DNA of 64,000 nt, from assembly GCA_965222075.1 (NCBI GenBank), contig OZ244937.1, positions 960,001 through 1,024,000 on the forward strand, given 5' to 3'. Source of the DNA: Candidatus Latescibacterota bacterium. Lineage in GTDB: Bacteria > Latescibacterota > UBA2968 > GCA-2709665. The notes under the pieces were generated by a model that ran no database searches, was not told the DNA's origin, and saw only the letters and a list, made by a program, of their open reading frames with translations. Within the stretch, counting starts at the first letter, position 1; every line of letters begins with the position of its first letter. Positions 18,637 through 28,295 of this stretch are shown here, piece after piece. The position numbers were made by a program, and so were the translations under genes.

Positions 18637-19356
18637 CTATCGCTTGAGGATTTGAGAAATATTTGTTACGATTCGATCAGGGACTACGTGAGTAGACTCC
18701 GGCAAGCCCTTGCCTTCAAAGTCTACCCAGATTGCGTAGATCCCAAGACGCTGGGGGGCTTCCACATCCCATTCGAGATTGTCTCCCGCCATCCAGCTAT
18801 CCGTTGGCGCAACGCCCAATTTCTTGAGGGCCTGGAGATACACACGTTCATCAGGTTTTCCTACCCCGAATTCACCCTCGACAAGGATGTATGAAAAAAA
18901 GTCCGACAGACCGAATTTGTCGATCTTCCGTCTCTGACCCTCCGCAGTCCCGTTTGTGATCATACCCAGGCGGACTCCCTTGTCCCCAAGTATACGGAGG
19001 GTCTCGATGGCTCCTGGAAACGGGGCAACCGTGTCTTCCCGCTCAGACGTGTATGCATCTGACACTTCGATCACCAGGTCAGGATCATCAATCCGTAGTT
19101 GACGAAAAGCTCTCGAGACGATCTCCCGCCGGGCACTCCGCAGGTTGAGACGTCCTCTTCGATGTCTATCCGCGTCTGCCCAAAACCAGGTACGGATGGC
19201 TTCTATGGCCTCGAAGAGCCCCTCAGGGGTTTGTCCGTCAACTCGTGGCGCAACCTTCCTGCATATTCTTTGCCAGGTCGGATCTGCGCTTTCGGAGAGC
19301 GCGAGAATCGTGTCGTCCAGGTCAAACAGGATGGCTTGCGGAAGATCGTTGTTCAT
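18637..19356 (-). CDS. HAD-superfamily hydrolase
   Basis: ILFDLDDTI, ITNG, GKPD, MAGDNLEWDV. Confidence 0.92.
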   Translation of the reverse strand: MNNDLPQAILFDLDDTILALSESADPTWQRICRKVAPRVDGQTPEGLFEAIEAIRTWFWADADRHRRGRLNLRSARREIVSRAFRQLRIDDPDLVIEVSDAYTSEREDTVAPFPGAIETLRILGDKGVRLGMITNGTAEGQRRKIDKFGLSDFFSYILVEGEFGVGKPDERVYLQALKKLGVAPTDSWMAGDNLEWDVEAPQRLGIYAIWVDFEGKGLPESTHVVPDRIVTNISQILKR

Positions 19357-19391
19357 TCACTATCTCCATCTGTCGAATGCTACGCCATTGT

Positions 19392-19458
19392 ATCTAACGT
19401 TCGCCGGTTTCCGAAGGCCAGGGCACGAATGTGCCGTAGTGGCAACAGGGTGTTACAC
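19392..19458 (-). repeat. attC-like site
   Basis: atctaacgttcgccggtttccg..ggcacgaatgtgcc..ggcaacagggtgttacac. Confidence 0.6.
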
Positions 19459-19872
19459 GGTGGCTACTTTTTCCACCATAGATTCATCGTCCGTGTCGAT
19501 CCGCTTTCTTGACTCCGCTATTGTTTCAGCCCATACTGGCGGATGGCCTGCTCCACGGACTCACACCATGCTACAAGAGAACCCACTTCGGCTTCCGTTA
19601 GCTTTCGTGTGATCTGACAGCTGATGCCAGAGAGTCTTCAGATGCTCTATCAGGCTACCAAATAGCTTATTCACAAGCACTCCAGCTTTGGATTGAAGTG
19701 CGCCGACAACTTATGGTTCTGCGGCAAAAATCGATATATCCCAGTTTTTCGCCTTGAGATATGGCTTTAACGGAACGCCATCCCCGGTTCGCTGAGACTT
19801 GTATGACAAGGTCGCTCATTTCAACTGACTTGAGTTTGTGAAGGTCACTGCATGAGATTCAAGGGCAATTTC

Positions 19873-19936
19873 AGGTAACGTTTCCACGGTTTGCGAACCG
19901 CGAAGCGGCACGGAGTTGAGCAACCGGATGTTAACA
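19873..19936 (-). repeat. attC site
   Basis: Minus strand TGTTAAC-atCCGGTTGCTCAAC..ccgcttcgcgg..TTCGCAAACCGTGG-aaac-GTTACCT. Confidence 0.75.
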
Positions 19937-19973
19937 GATGGCAAGCTTGGGAGGCTGTTCCCAGGATCAGGAA

Positions 19974-20249
19974 TTACTTCAGGTTCAATTCTAATTCTTT
20001 ACCCAAAGCCTTGGCCGCTTTTCTCAGAGTAGACAGCTTAATGTCTCCAGCACGGTTTTCCAGGCGGGAAATCGCTGTTTTCTTTGTATGCATTAACCTG
20101 GCGAGTTGCTCCTGCGTTAAGCCGGCCTCCTCTCGGGCCTGACGCAGCAAAACGCCAAATTCGAATTCCTTATACCCTTCCTCAAATCCTTCTGAAAATT
20201 CAGGATCGATCTTCTTTCTTCGCGCAATATACTTTTCTACATCACTCAT
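19974..20249 (-). CDS. XRE/HTH antitoxin
   Basis: LLRQAREEAGLTQEQLARLMHTKKTAISRLEN..LSTLRKAAKALG. Confidence 0.9.
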   Translation of the reverse strand: MSDVEKYIARRKKIDPEFSEGFEEGYKEFEFGVLLRQAREEAGLTQEQLARLMHTKKTAISRLENRAGDIKLSTLRKAAKALGKELELNLK

Positions 20250-20261
20250 GATGCACGCTCC

Positions 20262-20513
20262 TTAGAAGCTGTTTCCCTGGATGAAAAAGCCAAAAAAGCG
20301 ATAGGTTCCCTTCTGTGTTGGAATCCTGCATTCCCAAATATTCGCTGTTCCGGTCAGTTTCTTAAAGTAATTCGATGGAATCCGGTCGACCCTCTTTATG
20401 AGTCTGAAAACTCATAAGACCTTCTGCGATTCTTTGGGAGCCAACTTACCAAGGAAGCCCTCAACTGGACATCTTCGATCCTTTGTGCGATAGAATTCAA
20501 TATTTCTGGCCAT
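20262..20513 (-). pseudogene. RelE/ParE (Gp49-like) toxin with a nonsense codon and truncated C-terminus
   Basis: Manual translation MARNIEFYRTKDRRCPVEGFL..QKVL*VFRLI..YFKKLTGTANIWECRI..YRFFGFF..; TGA at 20412-20414. Confidence 0.8.
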
Positions 20514-20643
20514 TTATAAAGATAACCTACGCGTTAACTTCAGGCAATAAAAAATATCGCTGAATCCGATCCTGATTTTTTGCTATCATCACTACAGCCA
20601 TACAGGGGCGAGAACAGCCCTTTTTGTCTTTCTGATCACCATT

Positions 20644-21375
20644 TCAATAAAGTCCATACCGCGAAGCCAGCCACCAGTCAGCGTATGGCATGCCACTTTC
20701 GAGTGCTGATTCAACCAGCAGATTGACATCTACAGGCACTCGACGTAACTCGATTCGAAGGCCACTATTCCCCCAACCGATAACCCCATATTCTGCCCAC
20801 GCGGGATGGCGGTCTGGGCCTGTCTGAGAAGTAGGCGCACCAACACTTCCCGGGTTTAGAATGGTTGTGTCTCCGATTCGTCGGACCATCTGCGTGTGCG
20901 TGTGACCCCCAGCCAAGACCGTGGCGTGAAAACCAGACAGAATCTGTTCCAGATCCTTTCGAGGAGTGGTGGAGACGATTCCTTCCTCATTCGACTTTGG
21001 AGAACCGTGATAGCAGAGAAGATCTGTGGTCGTATCAAGAGACATTTCGACAGTTGCTCGGAATGTACTCAGATAGTCGAGATCATCAGCTGAAAGCTGA
21101 CTGACACCCCAGAATTGAATCTCGCTGATCCGCTGAGCCTTCGCGTTCCTCACCTTATGAGGATGTGGATTTAGAAACCAAGCATCCATATTGCCCATGA
21201 CGACAGAACTGTTTAGCGTTTTCAATTGGGCAATGACCTCGCATGGCTGGGGACCGTCGGCGGCAATATCACCCAGGCAGACGACGTGATCAATGTGTTC
21301 TGTCTTGAGATCGCTCAAGACAGATTCCAAAGCAACTAAGTTTCCATGAATATCAGAGATGATGGCGATTCGCAT
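20644..21375 (-). CDS. Calcineurin-like metallophosphoesterase (YfcE-like)
   Basis: ISDIHGN, CLGDI, MGNMD, HGSP, GHTH, NPGSVG. Confidence 0.93.
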   Translation of the reverse strand: MRIAIISDIHGNLVALESVLSDLKTEHIDHVVCLGDIAADGPQPCEVIAQLKTLNSSVVMGNMDAWFLNPHPHKVRNAKAQRISEIQFWGVSQLSADDLDYLSTFRATVEMSLDTTTDLLCYHGSPKSNEEGIVSTTPRKDLEQILSGFHATVLAGGHTHTQMVRRIGDTTILNPGSVGAPTSQTGPDRHPAWAEYGVIGWGNSGLRIELRRVPVDVNLLVESALESGMPYADWWLASRYGLY

Positions 21376-21491
21376 GTAGCTCTGTGTCCCTTCTTTCGCA
21401 TTTCCTTGATCCACCCGGATCATTCCCCAATCTTCCTATGACGACACCAGAATGGCGACGTTCTGCTTCTGGGGCTCAGGCTGGCATTTCT

Positions 21492-21576
21492 TTGTAACGC
21501 CCTGCCGGTTTGCGAACCCCGAGCTTGTCGAGGGAAAGGCACGACGGCGCCGAGGCGTAACACCGCTGTGTTATGT
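21492..21576 (-). repeat. attC-like site carrying a single un-nested CCCCGAGCTTGTCGAGGG unit
   Basis: ttgtaacgccctgccggtttgcgaac cccgagcttgtcgaggg ... gttatgt. Confidence 0.65.
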
Positions 21577-21591
21577 GAAGAGGCCATGTGC

Positions 21592-22023
21592 TCACGAAGA
21601 CCATTGCTTCTCTAAGCGAATCGGACTGCTATCGTGGTCCCCGCGGTCAAAAAATGCAACGATCTTGTATTTATTCTGGATCAAGAGGCGCAGCATATCA
21701 GGAAATTTATTTCTTGATTGGACAGCCACACCAGTGTAGTTGCTTTTTTGTGCCCACTGCTCGACATAATCGAGCAGGCGCTGCCCCACGCCCTGGCTTC
21801 TGTGGTTTGGATCAACACCGAAAAGATAGATATAGAAGTAGCCGCTCTCTTCACCATAACCGATGGCGAAAGCAATGACCGTGCTCCCTGTTTCGGCTAC
21901 AAAATTGGTAACTGACCTGTCCGAGATTCTGGCCCAATATTTGCCTGTCAGTTGGATCTCGGGGACCATATCCCTGCACTTTTTCCAGATTTCAGACGTT
22001 TCTGCCTGCCGGATACGTACCAA
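21592..22023 (-). CDS. GNAT acetyltransferase
   Basis: FGVDPNHRSQGVGQRLL acetyl-CoA motif; flanked by attC-like sites. Confidence 0.85.
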   Translation of the reverse strand: MVRIRQAETSEIWKKCRDMVPEIQLTGKYWARISDRSVTNFVAETGSTVIAFAIGYGEESGYFYIYLFGVDPNHRSQGVGQRLLDYVEQWAQKSNYTGVAVQSRNKFPDMLRLLIQNKYKIVAFFDRGDHDSSPIRLEKQWSS

Positions 22024-22089
22024 TAGCTACAAATCGCGCCGCAGGCGCGAATCCTCTGACAAGGGGTCAATATTTTTTCTCGACATTTC

Positions 22090-22180
22090 CCATAACGTCT
22101 CGCGCATCCCGGAACCCGCGCAGCGTGTTGCCGTCAGGCCGAGGGAGCGATGCGACTGAAGCGCAGACGCGGTGTTAAAT
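22090..22180 (-). repeat. attC-like site (right part duplicated at ~11062-11095)
   Basis: ccataacgtctcgcgcatc..gatgcgac..gcagacgcggtgttaaat. Confidence 0.6.
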
Positions 22181-22302
22181 GCTGGTAGCGCGCCCCAATA
22201 GAGCGAAGCGACCAAGGGGCAACAATAAAGCGCACGTCATAGCCGATTGTTTCTCTGCTTCTTCGCCTCCTGTTTACCTCGCTTTTTTTAACGATCCGCC
22301 AA

Positions 22303-22890
22303 TCAGTGGATAGGAATTGAACCATTTACCCGCAAATCCGCTCTTTCACCTGGCCTATGGGTTTCAACGTAGCGGTCTTCCTTCGGCATCCAATCCTGCT
22401 CCCATACGGCACGTGCTTCTTCCCCATCTCGCGCCAGACCTCTGGCAAGACGTATCTCTCTCGGACATTCAATCCACACTTTGAAGTCGTACAGGTCAGT
22501 CAACTCAAGCCGTAGTGTGTAAACGCCTTCAACGATGACAGCGCCAGTCGCTGAAACAGTATGCCACTCCGCAAGAGCACCTTCTGCCCAATCGTAGCGT
22601 TGATAACGTCCCGGTCGATTCTCTTTTAGCGGCAAGAGTACCTGATCGCGTAGACGCTGCCAATCAAAATCACCTCCGATGGCCTCTGGCTGGTTATCTA
22701 ATTGCCATGCCGAAGGCAAAAAAAATCATCGATGGTGTACAATGGTTACTGCCCGGCCTATAGACTTGAGGTGTGCTGTCAACTCAGAATGCCATGCTGT
22801 TGACAAGCTGTCTTGGCAAACTGCAGGAGGCTTTCGTGCACCCAATCTTCAGACCAACCGGATTCACCAGTATCCTTTTTTTGGACATGC
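22303..22890 (-). pseudogene. Uridine kinase-like P-loop kinase, degraded N-terminus
   Basis: FDWQRLRDQVL, YQRYDW, VIVEGVY, RLARGLARDG; frameshift near VTIVH/DDFF and no intact P-loop. Confidence 0.7.
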
Positions 22891-23279
22891 TTCTCTTCGT
22901 GATAGCCCAAATAGTCGGTCTTTGACATCACGGATAACATCGCGTATCCTTTCGAGTTTCAAGCTATGCGGAGTGAGCCCCAAAACCTTCGAGCGATCAA
23001 CACAGCTTAGTTTTGTCTGATGAAGCCCTACGGGGCCTCTCTTGAATAAGAAACTTGTCGTAAGTTCTTGTTTTTTAAACTGGAACTAGGCCTGATTTTT
23101 ACCTAAATGTACAGCATTGCCGGTCAGGTGTCAACAGCGAGCGGATGGCCCTGGAAATCGCCGGGGCCGCCATTGTGCAGGGTGTAAGAAGTTCGTGCGG
23201 TTGTGGACGAAGTTTCTTATATTGTGCGGCACAGCAGATGCGGTGAGAGGGACAGATTTATGTCAAAAAGGAGATTGTA

Positions 23280-24278
23280 ATGGGGATTCGACTGATTCAC
23301 CTTGGGGTAGGGGGGCGCGGGGGGTGGCCGGTGAGGCGGGTGGTGGAGCGGGACGATTTTGAGAGCGTTGCGCTGGTCGATGTCAATGAAGAGAATCTGT
23401 TTGCCGCGATGGAGACGTCCGGGCTGCCGGAGTCGGCCTGTTTTCGTAGCCTGGAGAGCGCCCTGGACAGGGTCGAAGCCGATGCGGTTGTGGTGGTCAC
23501 GCCGCCGCAGCTTCACGCCCGGCAGTGCCTGGAGGCGGTGCGGGCCGGCAAGCACGTGCTGGTGGAGAAGCCGTTTACCAAAAGCCTCGTGGAAGCGCGA
23601 GAGATTGTGGAGGAGGCGGATGCGCACGGAGTGGTGGTGGCGGTCTGTCAGAACGCCCGGTATGCGCCCGCGCCCGTGACCATCAACCGCCTGGTTCGAG
23701 AGGGAACGTACGGGAAGCCGGCGTTCGGGCTGATGACCAAGTTCGGCTGGAGGTCCAGAGTACACCACTCGGGTGAGGACCAGCACGCGTACCTCTGGGA
23801 GCGGAGCATTCACGATCTGGATACGGTGCGGTTTCTGTTCGATGCAGAGCCGTCCAGAATCTGGGGACACAGTTTCAACCCGTCCTGGAGTCCCTATGTG
23901 GGAGGAGGTGGGACGTATGCCTGGGTGGAGTTCGAAGGAGGGGCTACCTGTGGCTATCTCTGCACCTTTGTGGCCCACAAGGGGGGATCTTCTCTGCGGG
24001 TGGAATTTGAAGGAGGGACGCTGGAGGCGGTGGGGGACGAACTCCTGCTGAGGCGGCCGGGTGCGGCGAAGGACGAGACGATTGCTTTAGACGAAGTGCC
24101 CCATCCAGAGGAGGTTCTACTGGATGGGTTTTACCGGTATGCAACCGAAGGAATCGAGCCCGGTTTTGGCGGCCACAAGAACCTGGCAACGGTCGCTCTG
24201 GTAGAGGGCATAGGGGTGGCGTCGGACGAGGGGCGCGTGGTCGATTTTCAGGCGTTTTTGAAAGGTGAAGTGCATTAA
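23280..24278 (+). CDS. Gfo/Idh/MocA family oxidoreductase
   Basis: LGVGGRG, GKHVLVEKPF, SIHDLD. Confidence 0.92.
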   Translation: MGIRLIHLGVGGRGGWPVRRVVERDDFESVALVDVNEENLFAAMETSGLPESACFRSLESALDRVEADAVVVVTPPQLHARQCLEAVRAGKHVLVEKPFTKSLVEAREIVEEADAHGVVVAVCQNARYAPAPVTINRLVREGTYGKPAFGLMTKFGWRSRVHHSGEDQHAYLWERSIHDLDTVRFLFDAEPSRIWGHSFNPSWSPYVGGGGTYAWVEFEGGATCGYLCTFVAHKGGSSLRVEFEGGTLEAVGDELLLRRPGAAKDETIALDEVPHPEEVLLDGFYRYATEGIEPGFGGHKNLATVALVEGIGVASDEGRVVDFQAFLKGEVH

Positions 24279-24325
24279 TTCAATACCCCCAACCCTCTTC
24301 CCTCGCAGGTTCAGGAGGTAAGCCC

Positions 24326-25432
24326 GTGGCAGAGAATACAGGACAGACCGAATGGCCGCCGGAGTGTGAGGCCTTTGAGGATGACCAGACCGGGGCGCGG
24401 GTTACCCGGCTGACCAGCGCGCCCTGCACCAACCATCCCCTCTACTACCTGGCGAATTCCTTTACGCCAGACAGCCGATCCCTGGTTTTTGCCTCTGATC
24501 GGACCGGTAAGATGGATCTCTACCGGGTAGGCCTTGAGGATGGGGAGATCCGGCGGCTGACCGATCTGGAGGGGGTGCAGCCCTTTTCGGGTAATGTGGT
24601 GGATCAGGATGTGTATTTTACTGTCGGTGGGCAGCTGCACCGTCTGAGTCTGGTGGACGGCAGCGATCGGATTCTTGCCGAGCGGACCGGGTGCGGGCTG
24701 GGGGAGGTGACCGTGAGCAGCGACCGGCAGTGGGCGGCGACCCTGATTACACAGGGGGGTTCGGCAGGCCTTTTGATTGCCCGTACAGACGCATCCGGGT
24801 CGACGGTAATTCTTGATGGGGTGCGTGCGCTTTACCATCCCCAGTTTCATCCCACCGATCCGGACCGGCTGATCTATTCGGCCGATCCCCCGGATCCCAG
24901 GCTCTGGACGGTTCGGCGGGATGGGAGTGACGACCACTGCTTTTATGCAAATACGTCCGATGAATGGTTCGTGCACGAGACATTCCTGGGCAAAACCGAT
25001 GAGGTCATTGTGGTGAGCTGGCACCAGGGGCTTTTCAGGGTTGGGCTCTACACGGGTCAGATCCGCACGGTTGCAACGTTCAGCGCCTGGCACATCTCTT
25101 CAAATTCGGGCGGCAGTCAAGTTGTGTGCGACACACATCTTCCGGACATCGGCCTGTGTCTGATTGATCCTCAAACGGGCGCGTATCAACCCCTCTGCTA
25201 TCCAAAAGCCTCTAACAAAGGCACGCAGTGGCGCAACCCCCTTCCGCTACAGGCCGATGGTGATGCGCCGGGGTGGGCGACCATGACCGAGACGGTTTCC
25301 CTGGAGAGTGCATACGGGCCCCAGTGGACGCATCCTCATCCCTCCTTTAGCCCGGACGACCGGCTGGTATCTTTTACCTCGGATGCAACCGGATCGCCCC
25401 AGGTCTATGTGGTGGAGATACCGGAGGAATAA
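24326..25432 (+). CDS. Oligogalacturonate lyase (Ogl)-like beta-propeller
   Basis: DDQTGARVTRLT, NHPLYY..SFTPD, HPQFHP, VHETF, HPHPSFSPDD..FTSD. Confidence 0.75.
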   Translation: MAENTGQTEWPPECEAFEDDQTGARVTRLTSAPCTNHPLYYLANSFTPDSRSLVFASDRTGKMDLYRVGLEDGEIRRLTDLEGVQPFSGNVVDQDVYFTVGGQLHRLSLVDGSDRILAERTGCGLGEVTVSSDRQWAATLITQGGSAGLLIARTDASGSTVILDGVRALYHPQFHPTDPDRLIYSADPPDPRLWTVRRDGSDDHCFYANTSDEWFVHETFLGKTDEVIVVSWHQGLFRVGLYTGQIRTVATFSAWHISSNSGGSQVVCDTHLPDIGLCLIDPQTGAYQPLCYPKASNKGTQWRNPLPLQADGDAPGWATMTETVSLESAYGPQWTHPHPSFSPDDRLVSFTSDATGSPQVYVVEIPEE

Positions 25433-25524
25433 AAACCGATAGAGGATTGCGTGTGGGCGGATGATTTTACACGGCCCGGAGCATAAGAAAGGAGGTAGGG
25501 TGCATTCCTCTTGCACCCGTTCTT

Positions 25525-26235
25525 ATGAAGCTTGAAGGTCAGGCGGCAATTGTCACAGGCGGTGGGCGGGGGATCGGGCGGGCAACGGCGCTTGCGTTCG
25601 CCCGGGAAGGCGCAGACGTGCTTCTGGCTGCCAGAACAGTACCGGAAATTGAGGCGGTCGCAGCGGAAGTTCGGGAGATCGGCCGGCAGGGGGTTGCGGT
25701 TCCGACCGATGTGACGCAAAGACCGCAGGTGGATGCGATGGTAAGACAGGCGCATGACCGGTTTGGAAAGGTCGATATCCTGGTGAATAACGCGGGCGTT
25801 GCCATTCACAATCCGGTTCCCAGGATCCGGGAGGAGGACTGGGATTTGACGATGGCCGTGAACCTCAAAGGGATTTTTCTCTGTACCCAGGCGGTGTTCA
25901 GCCAGATGTGCGAGCAGCGGCGGGGGATGATTGTCACGGTTTCGTCGGTCTCGGGGAAGCACGGGCACCCCAACGGCGGAGCCTATTGTGCGTCCAAGTT
26001 CGGGGCGGTCGGGTTTACGGAAACGGTTGCGGCCGAAGGACGACCCTACGGCGTCAAGGCGGCGGTGGTCTGCCCCGGTCCGGTGGATACGGTGATGCGC
26101 CGGAACAACCACCCCGACGACGACCCGGAGAAGTTGACGCTGCCGGAGGATGTGGCCGACCTGATTCTTTTCCTGGTGACCCAGCCCCCGCGCGCCCATA
26201 CTTTTGAGACGGTGATCCGGACGCCGTTGATGTAG
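25525..26235 (+). CDS. SDR family oxidoreductase
   Basis: TGGGRGIG, NNAG, YCASK. Confidence 0.95.
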   Translation: MKLEGQAAIVTGGGRGIGRATALAFAREGADVLLAARTVPEIEAVAAEVREIGRQGVAVPTDVTQRPQVDAMVRQAHDRFGKVDILVNNAGVAIHNPVPRIREEDWDLTMAVNLKGIFLCTQAVFSQMCEQRRGMIVTVSSVSGKHGHPNGGAYCASKFGAVGFTETVAAEGRPYGVKAAVVCPGPVDTVMRRNNHPDDDPEKLTLPEDVADLILFLVTQPPRAHTFETVIRTPLM

Positions 26236-26268
26236 AAGCAACCCCGGATGGACAGGAGGCGCATGGCG

Positions 26269-27213
26269 ATGAAGATCCTGCTGAGTTCAGAGCTGGAGGA
26301 CCGGCACGTGGAGCAGATCCGGGCGGTGTCGGGCGATGTGGAGGTGATTCGGCCCCGCCTGGCGGAGGAAGCGCTGGAGGCGATGCCGGGAGTGGAGGTG
26401 GTTTTTGGGGGGATGAACCGGGAGATGTTTCGGCGGGCGGAGCGGCTGCGCTGGGTGCAGACGTGGGGAGCGGGCGTTGATGGGATGCTTTTCCCGGAGT
26501 TTGTGGAAAGCGAGGTGGTGCTCACCAGCGCCAAGGGGATGGTGGGCGTGCACCTGGCCGAGCACGCAATGGCGCTCCTGCTGGGGCTGACCCGGGGGAT
26601 TGCGTGGGCGGTCAGAAAGCCGAACTGGGACCAGCGGATGCCGATCCGGAAGGCGTCCTGGGAGTTGATCGACCGCACGATGGGGATTGTGGGGCTGGGG
26701 GGGACGGGGCGGGACCTGGCGGTCCGGGCGCACGGGTTCGGGATGCGGGTCCTGGCGGTGGATCCGGAACATGTGGAGGCGCCCGCCTGTGTGGAGGCAT
26801 GCTGGGGGAGGGACCGGTTCTACGACCTGCTGGGGGAATCGGACGTGGTGGCGGTGTGCGCGCCGCTAACGCCGGAGACGGCCGGGATGTTCGACCGGGA
26901 GGCGTTTGGCAGGATGCAGCGCCACGCCCTGCTGATCAATGTGACGCGGGGGAAGATCGTGGACGAGGAGGCCCTCTTAGAGGCGCTGGAGCAGGGCATC
27001 ATCGGCGGGGCCGGGCTGGATGTGACCCCACGGGAGCCGCTGCCGGCGGATCACCCGCTGTGGCGAATGGAGAATGTGATCATTACCCCCCACGCCGCTG
27101 GGGGGTCGCCCAACCGGCAGGAGAGGATTGTGAAGCTTTTCTGTGAGAATCTGAGGCGGCTGATCGCCGGGGAGCCGATGTTGAGCGTAATCGACAAGAG
27201 GAAGGGGTACTGA
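26269..27213 (+). CDS. D-2-hydroxyacid dehydrogenase
   Basis: GIVGLGGTG, INVTRG, GLDVTPREPLP, ITPH. Confidence 0.93.
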   Translation: MKILLSSELEDRHVEQIRAVSGDVEVIRPRLAEEALEAMPGVEVVFGGMNREMFRRAERLRWVQTWGAGVDGMLFPEFVESEVVLTSAKGMVGVHLAEHAMALLLGLTRGIAWAVRKPNWDQRMPIRKASWELIDRTMGIVGLGGTGRDLAVRAHGFGMRVLAVDPEHVEAPACVEACWGRDRFYDLLGESDVVAVCAPLTPETAGMFDREAFGRMQRHALLINVTRGKIVDEEALLEALEQGIIGGAGLDVTPREPLPADHPLWRMENVIITPHAAGGSPNRQERIVKLFCENLRRLIAGEPMLSVIDKRKGY

Positions 27214-28295
27214 TGCGGGCATTTTTCTTCTGGGAGGCAAAGGCGGGCGGGCTGACGCTGTCGCACAAGTGCAACCCCTATGCGGGGCTGCTTGCCCGGG
27301 CGCTTGAAAAATGGGAGATCTACCTGGAATTGGGCGATTATGCGTTCAGGCGGGACTGGCTGGAGGCCAACCGGAAGAACTACGAGGTTCTCCACCTGAA
27401 CTGGCCGCACCATTTTTACAGGCGTGACGACCTTGAGACCACGGTGAAAGCGTATGCGCAGTTCGCCGAGAACCTGACCTTTGCACGCAGCCTGGGCTAC
27501 CGGATTGTCTGGACGATGCACAACCTCTACCCCCACGAGCGGCCTTTTCCGGAGGTGGATCGGATGGGCCGGCTGCTGGTCTGCCGGCTGGCCCATGGGG
27601 TGATTGCGCACTGCCATTACGCTGCGGACCTGGCGCGGAGGCTGTTCTTCCGGACTGAGGAACTCCACGTGATACCGCACGGGAATTTTATCGATGTATT
27701 TCCCAACAAGATCTCCCGACAGGATGCGCGGAAACACCTGGAGATCCCGGAGGAGGCGTTCGTCTACCTCTATTTCGGGAATGCCAGGGTCTATAAAGGG
27801 ATTGAGACACTGATCGAGGTCTTCGGCGCAGCGGCGGCGGCGGATGCCCGGCTGGTGCTCATGATGCGGCCGTCGGCCGCCAATGCCGAGTATTGGGATG
27901 ACTTGATGGCGCTTGCCGACCGGGACGAACGCGTCCGGGTGTTCACTTCGTCCTTTTTCCCCAACGAGGACTTTCAGATCTACCTGAATGCGGCCGATGT
28001 GGCCGTCCTGCCGTTTTCCGAGGTGCTGACTTCGGGGTCTGCGATTGCGGCGCTCTCGTTTGGAAAGCCGGTGGTCCTGCCGGGGCTGGGGTGTCTGCCG
28101 GAACTGATTGATGAGACGATGGGCATCCTGTACGATGTGGGGGATGCACATGGGCTTGAGCAGGCGCTTGTCGAGGTCCGGAAGCGAGACCTGAAGGCCG
28201 CCGGGCGTGCGGCGCTGGAACGGGCCAGGTCGATGGACTGGGACGATATTGCATCGCGAGTGGCGGCGTTGTACAGAGGTGAGAGAAAAAGATGA
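27213..28295 (+). CDS. GT4 family glycosyltransferase
   Basis: WTMHNLYPHE, VIPHGNF, FGNARVYKGI, ADVAVLPF..TSGS..ALSFGKPVV. Confidence 0.88.
   Translation: MRAFFFWEAKAGGLTLSHKCNPYAGLLARALEKWEIYLELGDYAFRRDWLEANRKNYEVLHLNWPHHFYRRDDLETTVKAYAQFAENLTFARSLGYRIVWTMHNLYPHERPFPEVDRMGRLLVCRLAHGVIAHCHYAADLARRLFFRTEELHVIPHGNFIDVFPNKISRQDARKHLEIPEEAFVYLYFGNARVYKGIETLIEVFGAAAAADARLVLMMRPSAANAEYWDDLMALADRDERVRVFTSSFFPNEDFQIYLNAADVAVLPFSEVLTSGSAIAALSFGKPVVLPGLGCLPELIDETMGILYDVGDAHGLEQALVEVRKRDLKAAGRAALERARSMDWDDIASRVAALYRGERKR

Larger units (their letters stand above)
6802..22180 (-). mobile_element. Integron-like gene cassette array without an integrase in the window (CALIN-like), decaying
   Basis: About 13 intergenic TAAC...GTTA inverted-repeat sites, several sharing TAACGTT..(T/C)TGCGAAC, separate unrelated co-oriented small genes; stop codons overlap the core site at 12035 and 14527. 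Confidence 0.75.

Noticed and set aside
19460-19870. Segment between two attC-like sites with no long ORF
   Set aside because: Could be a decayed or non-coding cassette, but no product can be supported from the sequence.
20412-20414. In-frame TGA in the RelE-like toxin as recoding (Sec or Trp)
   Set aside because: TGA is used as a normal stop throughout the window and the gene is also C-terminally truncated; a TGG-to-TGA nonsense mutation is simpler.
4700-23100. Prophage or complete integron as the explanation for the accessory region
   Set aside because: No phage structural or replication genes and no tyrosine recombinase (IntI) or attI are visible in the window.
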